Origin: an uncultured Clostridia bacterium
GTDB taxonomy: Bacteria; Bacillota; Clostridia; Christensenellales; UBA1242
Reading direction: 5' to 3'
Length of the DNA stretch: 64,000 nt
Assembly: GCA_944349925.1 (NCBI GenBank)
Contig: CALVNT010000022.1
Span: forward strand, 10,720-74,719
The notes under the pieces are model-generated. The model worked only from the letters and a program-made list of their open reading frames with translations. It was not told where the DNA came from and ran no database searches. Below are positions 20,068-28,540 of this stretch, one piece after another (position 1 is the first letter of the stretch; the number at the start of each line of letters is the position of its first letter). The position numbers were made by a program, and so were the translations under genes.

Positions 20068-20631
20068 GTGGCTCACAAAAAACGTAAGCTTAATTTTCTT
20101 TGGGCTTTTAGAATGTTTATAATGACTCTATGTTTATCCATAGCGTTTGGCTTTTTAAGTCAGGTGGTTTTTACAAATATGGGTATAGTTTATGCTGTCT
20201 TAGGAATTTTGTTTTTTATACTCATATCTACGATTTTTGATATGATAGGGATTGCCGCAGCAAGTGCAGACATAGAAAAATTTAAACTATGGAATCTTAA
20301 TAAAGTTGAAGGCTCTCTAACAGGGCTCAAAATATGTCAAAATTGTGAAAAGGTTTGCTCCTTCTGTGCTGATGTAGTAGGGGATATTTGCAGTACATTG
20401 TGTGGCGCCGGAGGTGCAAGTGTTGTGTTGTCAATAACAAAAAATACACAAAATTTAAATTTAATAACAATAATATCAATTTTTACTACAGCTCTTATCG
20501 CAGGACTAACAATTTTTTTTAAAGCTTTAATGAAAGAGATTGCTTTAAAAAAATCAGAAAGAATAATTTTAAAATTAGGGAAGATTTATGAAAGAACTTT
20601 CAAAAAAAACAAAAAATTAGTTGACAAATAA
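20068..20631 (+). CDS. Hypothetical membrane protein with a Cys-rich loop
   Basis: About 4 predicted TM helices, with a loop CQNCEKVCSFCADVVGDICSTLCG. The start is uncertain: neither GTG 20068 nor ATG 20113 has a clear SD. Confidence 0.55.
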   Translation: MAHKKRKLNFLWAFRMFIMTLCLSIAFGFLSQVVFTNMGIVYAVLGILFFILISTIFDMIGIAAASADIEKFKLWNLNKVEGSLTGLKICQNCEKVCSFCADVVGDICSTLCGAGGASVVLSITKNTQNLNLITIISIFTTALIAGLTIFFKALMKEIALKKSERIILKLGKIYERTFKKNKKLVDK

Positions 20632-20649
20632 CTGAAAGTATGTTATATT
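20621..20649 (+). promoter_or_regulatory. Candidate sigma-A promoter of infC-rpmI-rplT
   Basis: TTGACA (20621-20626), 17-nt spacer, TATATT (20644-20649). Confidence 0.55.
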
Positions 20650-20795
20650 CTAAACATGAAAGTAGAAGTTTCCACTTCTCACCATTCGATAATTGAGTTG
20701 AATTGGTAATAACTTAATATTAAAAATATTTAGTTATAGTGGGACTTTGTGCTTCCACTATATTTTATTAAAAGGGGTATAAAACAATTTTTAAG
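20650..20795 (+). promoter_or_regulatory. L20 (rplT) ribosomal-protein leader / attenuator upstream of infC
   Basis: Structured leader with GAAGT..ACTTC and ATAGTGG...CCACTAT (20746-20771) hairpins; the latter is followed by a U-rich tract. Position and layout match the Firmicutes infC leader controlled by L20. Confidence 0.5.
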
Positions 20796-20801
20796 GAACT
20801 T

Positions 20802-21296
20802 TTGATTAACGAACAAATCACGGCACCACAAATCAGATTGATTGGTGAAAACGGCGAACAGCTTGGGATTGTATCCAATGCACAAGCACAATCCATCGCT
20901 GAAGAACAAGGATTAGACCTTGTTTTAATGGCAGGCAACTCAACACCTGCAGTATGCCGATTATTAAACTATGGAAAGTTTAAATATGAAGCATTAAAAA
21001 AAGAAAAAGAAATAAAAAAAGCTCAAAAAATAGTTGAGACAAAGGAAGTTAGACTTTCAATGACCATAGAAGAACATGATATTGAGTATCGTCTTTCAAA
21101 CGCTCAAAAATTTTTAAAAAATGGTGATAAAGTCAAAGTTTCTTTAAAAATGAAAGGCAGAGAGCAAGCCTATGTAAAAAAAGGGATTGAAATTGTAAAA
21201 GATTTTTGCGCAAAACTTAGTCAATTTGGATCTCTTGATAAAGAGCCGGAACATGTAGGTCGCAACATCTTTGCTACATTAACCCCAAATAAGTAA
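20802..21296 (+). CDS. infC: Translation initiation factor IF-3
   Basis: INEQITAPQIRLIGENGEQLGIV is typical of IF-3. No ATG is available: the start is TTG 20802 or ATT 20805, after AAGGAA (20793-20798). Confidence 0.93.
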   Translation: MINEQITAPQIRLIGENGEQLGIVSNAQAQSIAEEQGLDLVLMAGNSTPAVCRLLNYGKFKYEALKKEKEIKKAQKIVETKEVRLSMTIEEHDIEYRLSNAQKFLKNGDKVKVSLKMKGREQAYVKKGIEIVKDFCAKLSQFGSLDKEPEHVGRNIFATLTPNK

Positions 21297-21310
21297 AAAG
21301 GAGAAAGATT

Positions 21311-21505
21311 ATGCCAAAACAAAAAACACATAGCGGATGCAAAAAGCGTTTTAAAGTAACCGCAAGCGGTCAAGTTAAATTTGCAAGACCAGGAAAAGGA
21401 CATTTCCTTACAACAAAATCACAAGCAAGAAAAAGAAAACTTAGAAAAGGGTCTTATATTGCAGGAAAAAATGCAGATAACATCAAGTCCCTTTTGGCTA
21501 GATAG
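21311..21505 (+). CDS. rpmI: 50S ribosomal protein L35
   Basis: [23 protein letters not shown]...; 64 aa. Confidence 0.95.
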   Translation: MPKQKTHSGCKKRFKVTASGQVKFARPGKGHFLTTKSQARKRKLRKGSYIAGKNADNIKSLLAR

Positions 21506-21516
21506 GAGGTCAAACC

Positions 21517-21858
21517 ATGAGAATTAAAAGAGCAGTAAACGCAGTAAAAAAACGTCGTTCTATTTTAAAAAGCGCAAAAGGATATAGAGGAGCGAAATCA
21601 AAACTTTATAGAACTGCAAGAGAACAAGTAATGAAAAGTGGCCAATATGCTTATATTGGAAGAAAACAAAAGAAAAGAGATTTCAGAGCACTTTGGATTA
21701 CAAGAATCAATGCAGCTTGCAGATTAAATGGAATTTCTTATTCAAAATTTATTGCTGGACTTAAAAGCAAAAATATCGAACTTAACAGAAAAGTGCTTGC
21801 AGACATGGCAGTAAGAGAACCAGAAGCTTTTGCATCTCTTGTGGGACAAGTTAAATAA
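21517..21858 (+). CDS. rplT: 50S ribosomal protein L20
   Basis: [34 protein letters not shown]...; 113 aa. Confidence 0.97.
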   Translation: MRIKRAVNAVKKRRSILKSAKGYRGAKSKLYRTAREQVMKSGQYAYIGRKQKKRDFRALWITRINAACRLNGISYSKFIAGLKSKNIELNRKVLADMAVREPEAFASLVGQVK

Positions 21859-22592
21859 TGCTAAAAGCAAGCAACAGTTTAATTAAAGATTTAAAAAAGC
21901 AAAAACGCGAAAATAGTTCTTTGCTTTTTTTGGATAACAAGAAAATAATAAGCGATGCAATATCTCATGGGTTAACGCCAAAGATTATTTTAATAGAAAA
22001 AGAAGAACTAAATTTATGGGGCAATATCTGTCCTATTTATTTAACAGATCAGAAAACTATAGAACAGCTTTCAGATTGCATAACACCACAAGGGGTATTA
22101 TGCGTAACAGAATACCTACAAGATATTGATATAAACGAGCCTAAATCAAATTTTTTAGTATTAGATACATTACAAGATCCCGGCAATGTAGGCACTCTTA
22201 TACGAAGTGCTGCAGCTTGCAATTTTAAAGAAGTTTTTTTGTTAGATTCAGTAAAAATCACAAATCCAAAACTTGTAAGAAGCTCTGTTGGCACAATTTT
22301 TAATGTAAAAATACATTCTTTGTCTAAAGATAAATTTGCCAAAATCGCAAAAAACTGGAACAAAATAGAATTCATTAAAGCAGATATGAATGGCGAAAAT
22401 GTTTTTGAAACGAAATTTGATAAAAAATATGGACTTATTCTTGGAAATGAAGGTAAAGGTGTTAGTAAAATTCTATCCTCATTATGCACAAAAACTGTTG
22501 CTCTTCCTATGGAAGATGGTGTTGAAAGTCTAAATGTGGCAGTTTCAGGAGCCGTGATTATGTATCAAATATATTCCCAAACAAAAATATAA
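21858..22592 (+). CDS. TrmH/SpoU-family RNA 2'-O-methyltransferase
   Basis: LVLDTLQDPGNVGTLIRSAAA, LILGNEGKGVS and SLNVAVSGAVIMYQI motifs. Confidence 0.85.
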   Translation: MLKASNSLIKDLKKQKRENSSLLFLDNKKIISDAISHGLTPKIILIEKEELNLWGNICPIYLTDQKTIEQLSDCITPQGVLCVTEYLQDIDINEPKSNFLVLDTLQDPGNVGTLIRSAAACNFKEVFLLDSVKITNPKLVRSSVGTIFNVKIHSLSKDKFAKIAKNWNKIEFIKADMNGENVFETKFDKKYGLILGNEGKGVSKILSSLCTKTVALPMEDGVESLNVAVSGAVIMYQIYSQTKI

Positions 22593-22688
22593 AATTTATA
22601 TAAAATTACAGAAATCTTTTATCAAAATACAAAATCATTTGACTTTCACTTTACAAGATTTTAAAATAAACATATAAGGAGATTTAAT

Positions 22689-23423
22689 ATGTCAGGACAT
22701 TCAAAATGGCACAACATACAGGCAAAAAAAGGAAAAAGTGACGCTCAAAGAGGTAAAATTTTTACTAAAATCGGGCGCGAAATTGCTGTTGTAGTAAAAG
22801 CAGGAGGGGCAGACCCTGTATCTAACCCAAAGCTTAGAGATGTAATAGCAAAAGCTAAGCAAAACAATATGCCAAACGACTCTATTGAAAGGAGCATAAA
22901 AAAAGCTGCGGGCGAAAATGCTGGTGTAAATTACGAAAGTTGCACTTACGAAGGTTATGGTACAGGTGGGTCTGCGGTTATTGTAGATTGTCTTACTGAC
23001 AATAAAAATAGAACGGCAGGTGATGTCCGTCATGCATTTGATAAGTTTGGTGGCTCTTTAGGTTCAACTGGTTGCGTTAGCTATTTATTTAATCGAAAAG
23101 GAATAGTCGAAGTAAGTCTTGACGGAAAAGATTTAGACGAACTTATGATGGATGCTTTGGAATGTGGGGCACTTGATGTAGTTGATTATGACCAAATCTG
23201 TGAAATTGTGACTGAGCAAAACCAACATAATCAAGTTGCCGATCAACTTAAAAATAAAGGCTATGAAGTTTTAAGTGCAGAGACAATGCTTATCCCTGAT
23301 TCATATGTAGATTTAGAAGAAGAAAAGCTTACAAAATTTACCAAAATGATTGAAATGCTTGAAGACCTTGACGATGTTCAAGAAGTATATCACAATGTTA
23401 ATTTACCTAATGATGACGAATAA
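22689..23423 (+). CDS. yebC: YebC/PmpR-family DNA-binding transcriptional regulator
   Basis: [32 protein letters not shown] is the canonical YebC N-terminus. Confidence 0.95.
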   Translation: MSGHSKWHNIQAKKGKSDAQRGKIFTKIGREIAVVVKAGGADPVSNPKLRDVIAKAKQNNMPNDSIERSIKKAAGENAGVNYESCTYEGYGTGGSAVIVDCLTDNKNRTAGDVRHAFDKFGGSLGSTGCVSYLFNRKGIVEVSLDGKDLDELMMDALECGALDVVDYDQICEIVTEQNQHNQVADQLKNKGYEVLSAETMLIPDSYVDLEEEKLTKFTKMIEMLEDLDDVQEVYHNVNLPNDDE

Positions 23424-23495
23424 AATTAAATTTAAGTATTGATATTTTTAAAATTATGTGATAGAATAAGTTATACTAAAGAAAAGGGAAGAACA

Positions 23496-24065
23496 ATGCA
23501 AGAAAATAATAAAGCATCAAAAACTAAAAATTGCTCTTTTAGCAGTTTTTCTGGCATCGTTGAAATGTACGATTGCAAAAAAATAGATCCTTATTATAAA
23601 GTTACTTATTTTAGAGATATAGATTGTGATGATTGGACAATGGAGGAATATAAAAACAGTTGTACTCCCAATCATGTAAATAAAGCAAAAGTTAGGGCTC
23701 TTTGGTTGTACACTGCATTTAATGTATATTTTAAAGATAAAAATCTTAAATATCTTATAAATAGCTTTGTTAACAATAAAAGCGAATTTTTAGATTTAGC
23801 TCAAAAAGCAAAAAACATGTTATATGCAAATGAATTAAGCCCTTTAGACATAAACAGCAAAGAAAATCAGTTTACATTATCTGAAGTATGCTATTTTAAC
23901 AATGAATTGATTTCTTATTGCTACAAGTTTGTCGAGTCTTTAAAGAGATTTTTGAATAATTTATTTAAAGAAATGGACTTTGTTGAATACTTGTCGCTGG
24001 CTGAAAAAATGCCAAATGTTTTGACTGAGCTTATTTATCCAACAAACTCACAAAATGAAATTTAG
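23496..24065 (+). CDS. Hypothetical protein (no recognisable domain)
   Basis: I prefer ATG 23496, which follows AAGGGAAG. About 189 aa and Cys/Asn-rich; I recognise no motif. Confidence 0.55.
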   Translation: MQENNKASKTKNCSFSSFSGIVEMYDCKKIDPYYKVTYFRDIDCDDWTMEEYKNSCTPNHVNKAKVRALWLYTAFNVYFKDKNLKYLINSFVNNKSEFLDLAQKAKNMLYANELSPLDINSKENQFTLSEVCYFNNELISYCYKFVESLKRFLNNLFKEMDFVEYLSLAEKMPNVLTELIYPTNSQNEI

Positions 24066-24091
24066 TCAATGTATAATTATTTGCCAATTAA

Positions 24092-24122
24092 ATAGACTAA
24101 CTTTTAGTTAGTCTATTTTTTG
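24092..24122 (+). terminator. Rho-independent terminator
   Basis: 11-bp perfect stem ATAGACTAACT (24092-24102) / AGTTAGTCTAT (24106-24116), 3-nt loop, then a T-run to 24122. Confidence 0.8.
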
Positions 24123-24135
24123 TTGGAGGCTTTGA

Positions 24136-25362
24136 ATGCGACTGAGAAAGAAAAAGAGTAATTTCTTTATGATATACATTTTTTTACTTGTTTTTTTGAT
24201 AACATCTTTATTTTCAAATTTTTCATCATCTTTTTTGTTAAATCTTCCTGATGATTTTTATACCAATCTTGAAGAAATAGAAAACTTAAATAAAGATAAA
24301 ACTCTTGGTCAATTTTATTCCGCTGATTTTGTTAAAAACAATCTTGAAACAGGTGAAAAAGAAGATAAAAGCGGAACTGTTGTATTTAAACTTTTTGGGT
24401 TAATTCCTATAAAAAAGGTTAAAGTCGAGATTTTGCCAGAAGAAGAAGTTTTTATTGGAGGAGTTCCGATTGGTCTAAATGTTACAACTCAAGGCGCAAT
24501 TGTAGTGAGCAATACATTTGTTGACACTCAAAACAATAATATTTCATCTCATAAAATCTTGAAAAATGGGGACATCATAACAAAAATAAATAATAAACAA
24601 ATAAATGCAGTTCAAGATATAGAAGAATGTTTAAACAACACAAACTCATCAGTTGTAAATTTGGAAATTTTGAGAAATAATAAATTTAAAAATATTGAAT
24701 TACCATACATAAAAAATTTAAATGAGAAGTGTAAATTAGGCGTCTGGGTAAAAGATGACATTTCTGGTATAGGCACTTTGACTTTTGTAAATTCACAAAA
24801 TCAATTTGCTGCATTAGGCCATCCGGTTACAGATTCAAGTGGAAGCAACATCATTCCAATAAGTGGGGGAAATGTTTATGATTGTTCTTTATTGGGGATT
24901 GAAAAAGGCAAAACAAACAACCCCGGGCAACTTAAATGTCTATTTGTACAAAGTGAAAGAAATGGGTCAATATTAAAAAATACTAAATATGGAATTATAG
25001 GAAAATACGATACCACAACTGACATGATTGATTCGAATTTGTCTGCAAAAATAGGTGGTAGACTTAGTGTTAAGCCCGGAAAGGCATCTATAATATCAAG
25101 TGTAAGCGGAATAAGACAAGAATATGAAATTGAGATAATCAAAGCAAATTATCAAAAAACAGAAGACGACAAAAGTATGATATTTAGAGTAACAGACAAA
25201 AAATTGATTGAATTAACAGGCGGGATAGTTCAAGGAATGAGTGGCTCACCAATATTACAAAATGGAAAAATCGTAGGAGCGGTTACTCATGTCTTTATGA
25301 AAGATCCGACAAAAGGTTATGGTGTTTATGCAGATTGGATGTTAAAAGAAATGAAAAATTGA
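24136..25362 (+). CDS. spoIVB: SpoIVB peptidase (S55 family, PDZ domain)
   Basis: N-terminal TM helix, PDZ-like region (GDIITKINNKQIN), GIGTLTFVN...FAALGH and GGIVQGMSGSPILQNGKIVGAVTHVF catalytic Ser/His regions. Confidence 0.92.
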   Translation: MRLRKKKSNFFMIYIFLLVFLITSLFSNFSSSFLLNLPDDFYTNLEEIENLNKDKTLGQFYSADFVKNNLETGEKEDKSGTVVFKLFGLIPIKKVKVEILPEEEVFIGGVPIGLNVTTQGAIVVSNTFVDTQNNNISSHKILKNGDIITKINNKQINAVQDIEECLNNTNSSVVNLEILRNNKFKNIELPYIKNLNEKCKLGVWVKDDISGIGTLTFVNSQNQFAALGHPVTDSSGSNIIPISGGNVYDCSLLGIEKGKTNNPGQLKCLFVQSERNGSILKNTKYGIIGKYDTTTDMIDSNLSAKIGGRLSVKPGKASIISSVSGIRQEYEIEIIKANYQKTEDDKSMIFRVTDKKLIELTGGIVQGMSGSPILQNGKIVGAVTHVFMKDPTKGYGVYADWMLKEMKN

Positions 25363-25378
25363 TTTTAATTTTAAAAAA

Positions 25379-25417
25379 GTGAACCGCCTAAAGTTGTCTA
25401 TTTTTTGGGGTTCACTT
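25379..25417. repeat. 39-nt hairpin-forming repeat, copy A (probable terminator between convergent spoIVB and the PadR-like gene)
   Basis: GTGAACCGCCTAAAGTTGTCTATTTTTTGGGGTTCACTT is 33/39 identical to 57028-57066. The outer GTGAACC/GGTTCAC stem is followed on the minus strand by a T-run. Confidence 0.7.
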
Positions 25418-25448
25418 CGTTATAAAGATACTTTTTTATTACTAAGGT

Positions 25449-27197
25449 TTATTTCCAATATTTAATAATTAACTGTTTGTATATTAAGTAAGAAATTGGC
25501 ATTTCTACGATTATCAAAACCATTGGCAAGATTAAAGAGGTAGCATACAAACCAAAATTTGCTCCAGACAATCCAAATATAAAGTTAAGGCCAATTACAG
25601 CACCTATTATTAGTATAGTATAAAGAGAAATTTCCCAAAATGAAATCATTTTTTTTGGTATCCAGCTTGTATGGTATTTGTAATTATAGAATTTAATTCC
25701 AACAATTATAAGCTGTAAAGCAGGAAGTAATATATACATAAAATTAAATTGCTCATTTAGCAAATTGGAATAATAAAGTGATATAAAAGTCACTGCTGAA
25801 ACAATCGCAAGCAAGAAAAAGGTTATCACGCTATGTATAAATCCTAATTTGTTGGTGTTATGGTTAATTTCTAAATTGGTTTTTTCATATTCTTTAAAAG
25901 AAATTTCTTGTTCCTGATAAAATTCCTTTAAATCTTGATAATCATATAGAGCATTAACAGAACCTTCATTTTTGTTGTCTTTTGTTCTTGAATATAGTTG
26001 AGATATTATTTCTTTATGAGAAGGATCTATCTTTACGTCTCTTTTAGGAGGAGGTAGCGTTTCATTTTTTTCGCTTTGTAAAATTTTTAATTTTGGAGGT
26101 TGTATTTTTTTAGGTTTAACTAAATCTTCATTACTAATACGATTGGTAATAAATTTTCCATCATCTTCAACAACTTCTGCAACTGGTTTTTCTTTAAAAT
26201 ATGTATTTCCACCCACCTGAAAATGTTTATTATCTATTGTCGATCTTTGTTGTCTTTCACTATATTTTGCGAATTCATCTTCATTTGAAAATTTTCTTTT
26301 ATTTTCCATTAACGAAGCTTTAAAAGCCTCTAAATTAGCTTTCGTTTTTTCTTCTGATTCTTGAAGGGGAGTTTCAACAGTCATCGCTATTTGGTCTTCC
26401 GCAAAACTTCTTTGTTTCTTATATTTTCTAATGTCTTTAGAAATATCATATAATCTTTGGTTGTAACTATCAACCTGTTCTCTATTTAAAAAAGCCCCAT
26501 CGTCTTTTGTATTATCGCTGTTTTCCTTTACAACTTCAACTTCTTCCACAAAATTTTCTTGTTTATCATTATTTGCATAAAAGTTTTGATTTTCATTTGA
26601 AGATGCAATATTGGTTTTGTTGTCTGAGCTAGAATTATTAAGATTTTCTTGCAATTTAAAATTTTCATTTTCAGAAGAGTCAACATTTTGAACCTGATTA
26701 ACAAATTTAGATTGGTCAGCTTGACTTGAAACAAAATTTGAGTTTTGCTCTTCATCTTTGTTTTCGTAAGAATTTAAAGATGAAAAATCAAAAAAATCAT
26801 TACTTTCATTGTCATTATTTTGTGTCAGATCTAGTGATATTTGGCTATTTTCTGTTGTAATGTTTTGTGAATTATCATACTCTTCTTTAAAATCTCTAAA
26901 AACATCAATGCCATTATTTTGAAAATCAGTTTTCAACTGTTGATAAAAATTTCTTCCTTTTTCAGTTATTGAATAATAGCGACGATTTGGTCCAAAATCG
27001 CTAGATTTTGTATAAGAAGAGAGGTAGCCTTGCTTTTCCATTCTTGTAAGACTTGAATATACGCTAGGTTTTTTTAGATTTATACGTCCATTACTTTTTT
27101 TGTTTATTTCAGTAATAAAATCTAAGCCATAAAAATCGCGTTCTAGAAGGCAATTTAATATCATGTATGAAAGTTGACCTTTTGCAAAAATCTCCAT
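25449..27197 (-). CDS. PadR-family winged-helix regulator fused to a long low-complexity linker and a C-terminal multi-TM domain
   Basis: I prefer ATG 27197, which follows AGAGGTG. The N-terminus YMILNCLLERDFYGLDF...KPSVYSSLTRMEKQGYL...RRYYSITEKGRNFY is PadR-like. Then come about 300 aa of Asn/Glu/Gln-rich sequence and about 4 TM helices at the C-terminus. Confidence 0.8.
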   Translation of the reverse strand: MEIFAKGQLSYMILNCLLERDFYGLDFITEINKKSNGRINLKKPSVYSSLTRMEKQGYLSSYTKSSDFGPNRRYYSITEKGRNFYQQLKTDFQNNGIDVFRDFKEEYDNSQNITTENSQISLDLTQNNDNESNDFFDFSSLNSYENKDEEQNSNFVSSQADQSKFVNQVQNVDSSENENFKLQENLNNSSSDNKTNIASSNENQNFYANNDKQENFVEEVEVVKENSDNTKDDGAFLNREQVDSYNQRLYDISKDIRKYKKQRSFAEDQIAMTVETPLQESEEKTKANLEAFKASLMENKRKFSNEDEFAKYSERQQRSTIDNKHFQVGGNTYFKEKPVAEVVEDDGKFITNRISNEDLVKPKKIQPPKLKILQSEKNETLPPPKRDVKIDPSHKEIISQLYSRTKDNKNEGSVNALYDYQDLKEFYQEQEISFKEYEKTNLEINHNTNKLGFIHSVITFFLLAIVSAVTFISLYYSNLLNEQFNFMYILLPALQLIIVGIKFYNYKYHTSWIPKKMISFWEISLYTILIIGAVIGLNFIFGLSGANFGLYATSLILPMVLIIVEMPISYLIYKQLIIKYWK

Positions 27198-27215
27198 AAA
27201 CACCTCTATAGACAA

Positions 27216-27244
27216 ATTATAGAGTAATGCAACAAATAAGTCAA
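27216..27244 (-). promoter_or_regulatory. Candidate sigma-A promoter of the PadR-like gene
   Basis: On the minus strand: TTGACT (27244-27239), 17-nt spacer, TATAAT (27221-27216). Confidence 0.55.
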
Positions 27245-27392
27245 CCTTTTTTTGTGACTATTATGCAAAAAAAATTATAATCTAAACTATATTTTGTGCT
27301 AGTATGCAATATTAAACACAAAATTATAAATTTATTTGTTTTATATTTTGATTAAAACAAAAACGATGATATAATACTTAGGAGAGAAACCC

Positions 27393-27989
27393 ATGCAAGA
27401 TATAAAAGAAAAAAACTACAACATCATAATAAAAAAAAGCAAAAGAAAAACATTAGCTCTTGTTATTTTGCCCAATGGTCAAATAGAAGTTAGAGCTCCA
27501 CTTAAATTAAATACAAGCAAAATAATAAATTTTGTTAAAAGTAAAAGCCGTTGGATAAATAGAAATTTAAATTTAATTAACCAAAAAGTCGCATTTAAAA
27601 ATAAATATGATTTTAAAAATTATTCTTATATATTAGGGGAAAAACGAGATGGAAAATTAAACTATAAGGATTATGCTGTAAATATTTTACCTAAAATGAT
27701 AAAAGAAATTTCTCTAAAAATCAATTTAGACTATAACTTAATAAAGATTTCAAATTCAAAAAGGCTATGGGGGAGTTATTCAAATAAAAAAGTTATAATG
27801 ATAAATTTTAAATGCATTGTTTTGCCTAAAAAATTTATAGAATACATAATAATTCATGAACTATGTCATAGTAAAGAAATGAACCACTCCGTTAATTTTT
27901 GGAAACTTGTCGGAAAATATTGTCCACAATATAAATCAATAAAAAAAGAACTGACTTTTTTTGATTTTTTACTAAAAACAGAAATTTAA
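27393..27989 (+). CDS. DUF45/YgjP-like (M48/SprT-type) metallopeptidase-fold protein
   Basis: HELCHSKEMNHS (HExxH + H) near the C-terminus, about 198 aa, N-terminal basic region. A TTGATT-N16-TATAAT promoter-like motif lies upstream. Confidence 0.75.
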   Translation: MQDIKEKNYNIIIKKSKRKTLALVILPNGQIEVRAPLKLNTSKIINFVKSKSRWINRNLNLINQKVAFKNKYDFKNYSYILGEKRDGKLNYKDYAVNILPKMIKEISLKINLDYNLIKISNSKRLWGSYSNKKVIMINFKCIVLPKKFIEYIIIHELCHSKEMNHSVNFWKLVGKYCPQYKSIKKELTFFDFLLKTEI

Positions 27990-28188
27990 TAATTCTTTAC
28001 TTAACGCAAAAGATTGCTTAAATTATAAATTTATGTAAATATATACCAATCTAACAATTGAACAGGGGATAGAAAAAAATGATATTAAATTTTTAACATT
28101 TAAATATTGGATAACAAAAGTAATCTTTAGTTTTTAGCTTTTATATAAAATAATTTAAAAAATATCACTAGTCTCAAAACCAAAATTT

Positions 28189-28295
28189 TGCTTCTTTAAA
28201 TTTGATTTGCGTCAAAAATAAATACGAAAAATGTAAAAGGTTATGCTTCTTTGATTTGATTTTATAGCCAAAATATATACGAAAAATGTAAAAGG
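28189..28295 (+). repeat. Two tandem imperfect 52-nt direct repeats (period 55 nt)
   Basis: 28189-28240 and 28244-28295 are about 80% identical. Both begin TGCTTCTTT and both end ATACGAAAAATGTAAAAGG. Confidence 0.85.
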
Positions 28296-28327
28296 GGTAT
28301 TAAGTTACAAAATTTCAACTTTTATAA

Positions 28328-28359
28328 TCTATGCGTAAAACACAACTTTTACGCATAGA
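28328..28359. repeat. Perfect palindrome with 13-bp arms and a 6-bp spacer (recombinase core-site-like or operator)
   Basis: TCTATGCGTAAAA-CACAAC-TTTTACGCATAGA. The arm sequence recurs at 30950-30962. Confidence 0.85.
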
Positions 28360-28365
28360 ACAATG

Positions 28366-28404
28366 CATAATAGCCATTGAATAGAGCTATTATGTTATTT
28401 TTTT
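28366..28404 (+). terminator. Rho-independent terminator-like hairpin
   Basis: CATAATAGC (28366-28374) / GCTATTATG (28386-28394), 11-nt loop, followed by TTATTTTTTT. Confidence 0.55.
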
Positions 28405-28509
28405 ATAACTTTATTATTTTAGCTTTTTAAATTAGATTTGAATTTTTATATTTGTTTTATATTTGTTTTAATATGATTACTGTTTTTTATAATTCTTTTT
28501 AAATATATT

Positions 28510-28540
28510 AAAAAAATTGCAGACTACATTTTATCTGCAA
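28510..28540 (-). terminator. Rho-independent terminator of the serS / NTase-like transcription unit
   Basis: On the minus strand, TTGCAGA...TCTGCAA hairpin (28517-28540) lies immediately after the stop codon at 28541-28543 and is followed by T7. Confidence 0.7.

Larger units (their letters stand above)
28286..28404 (+). ncRNA. Candidate small RNA (about 115 nt), prediction only
   Basis: Promoter-like TTGATT (28251-28256)-N17-TATATA (28274-28279) sits inside repeat 2. The predicted transcript contains the 13-bp-stem hairpin (28328-28359) and a terminator hairpin (28366-28394 plus T-run). I see no ORF with an RBS. Confidence 0.25.

Noticed and set aside
28189-28295. CRISPR array.
   Set aside because: There are only two imperfect copies, separated by 3 nt with no unique spacers. 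No cas genes are present in the window.
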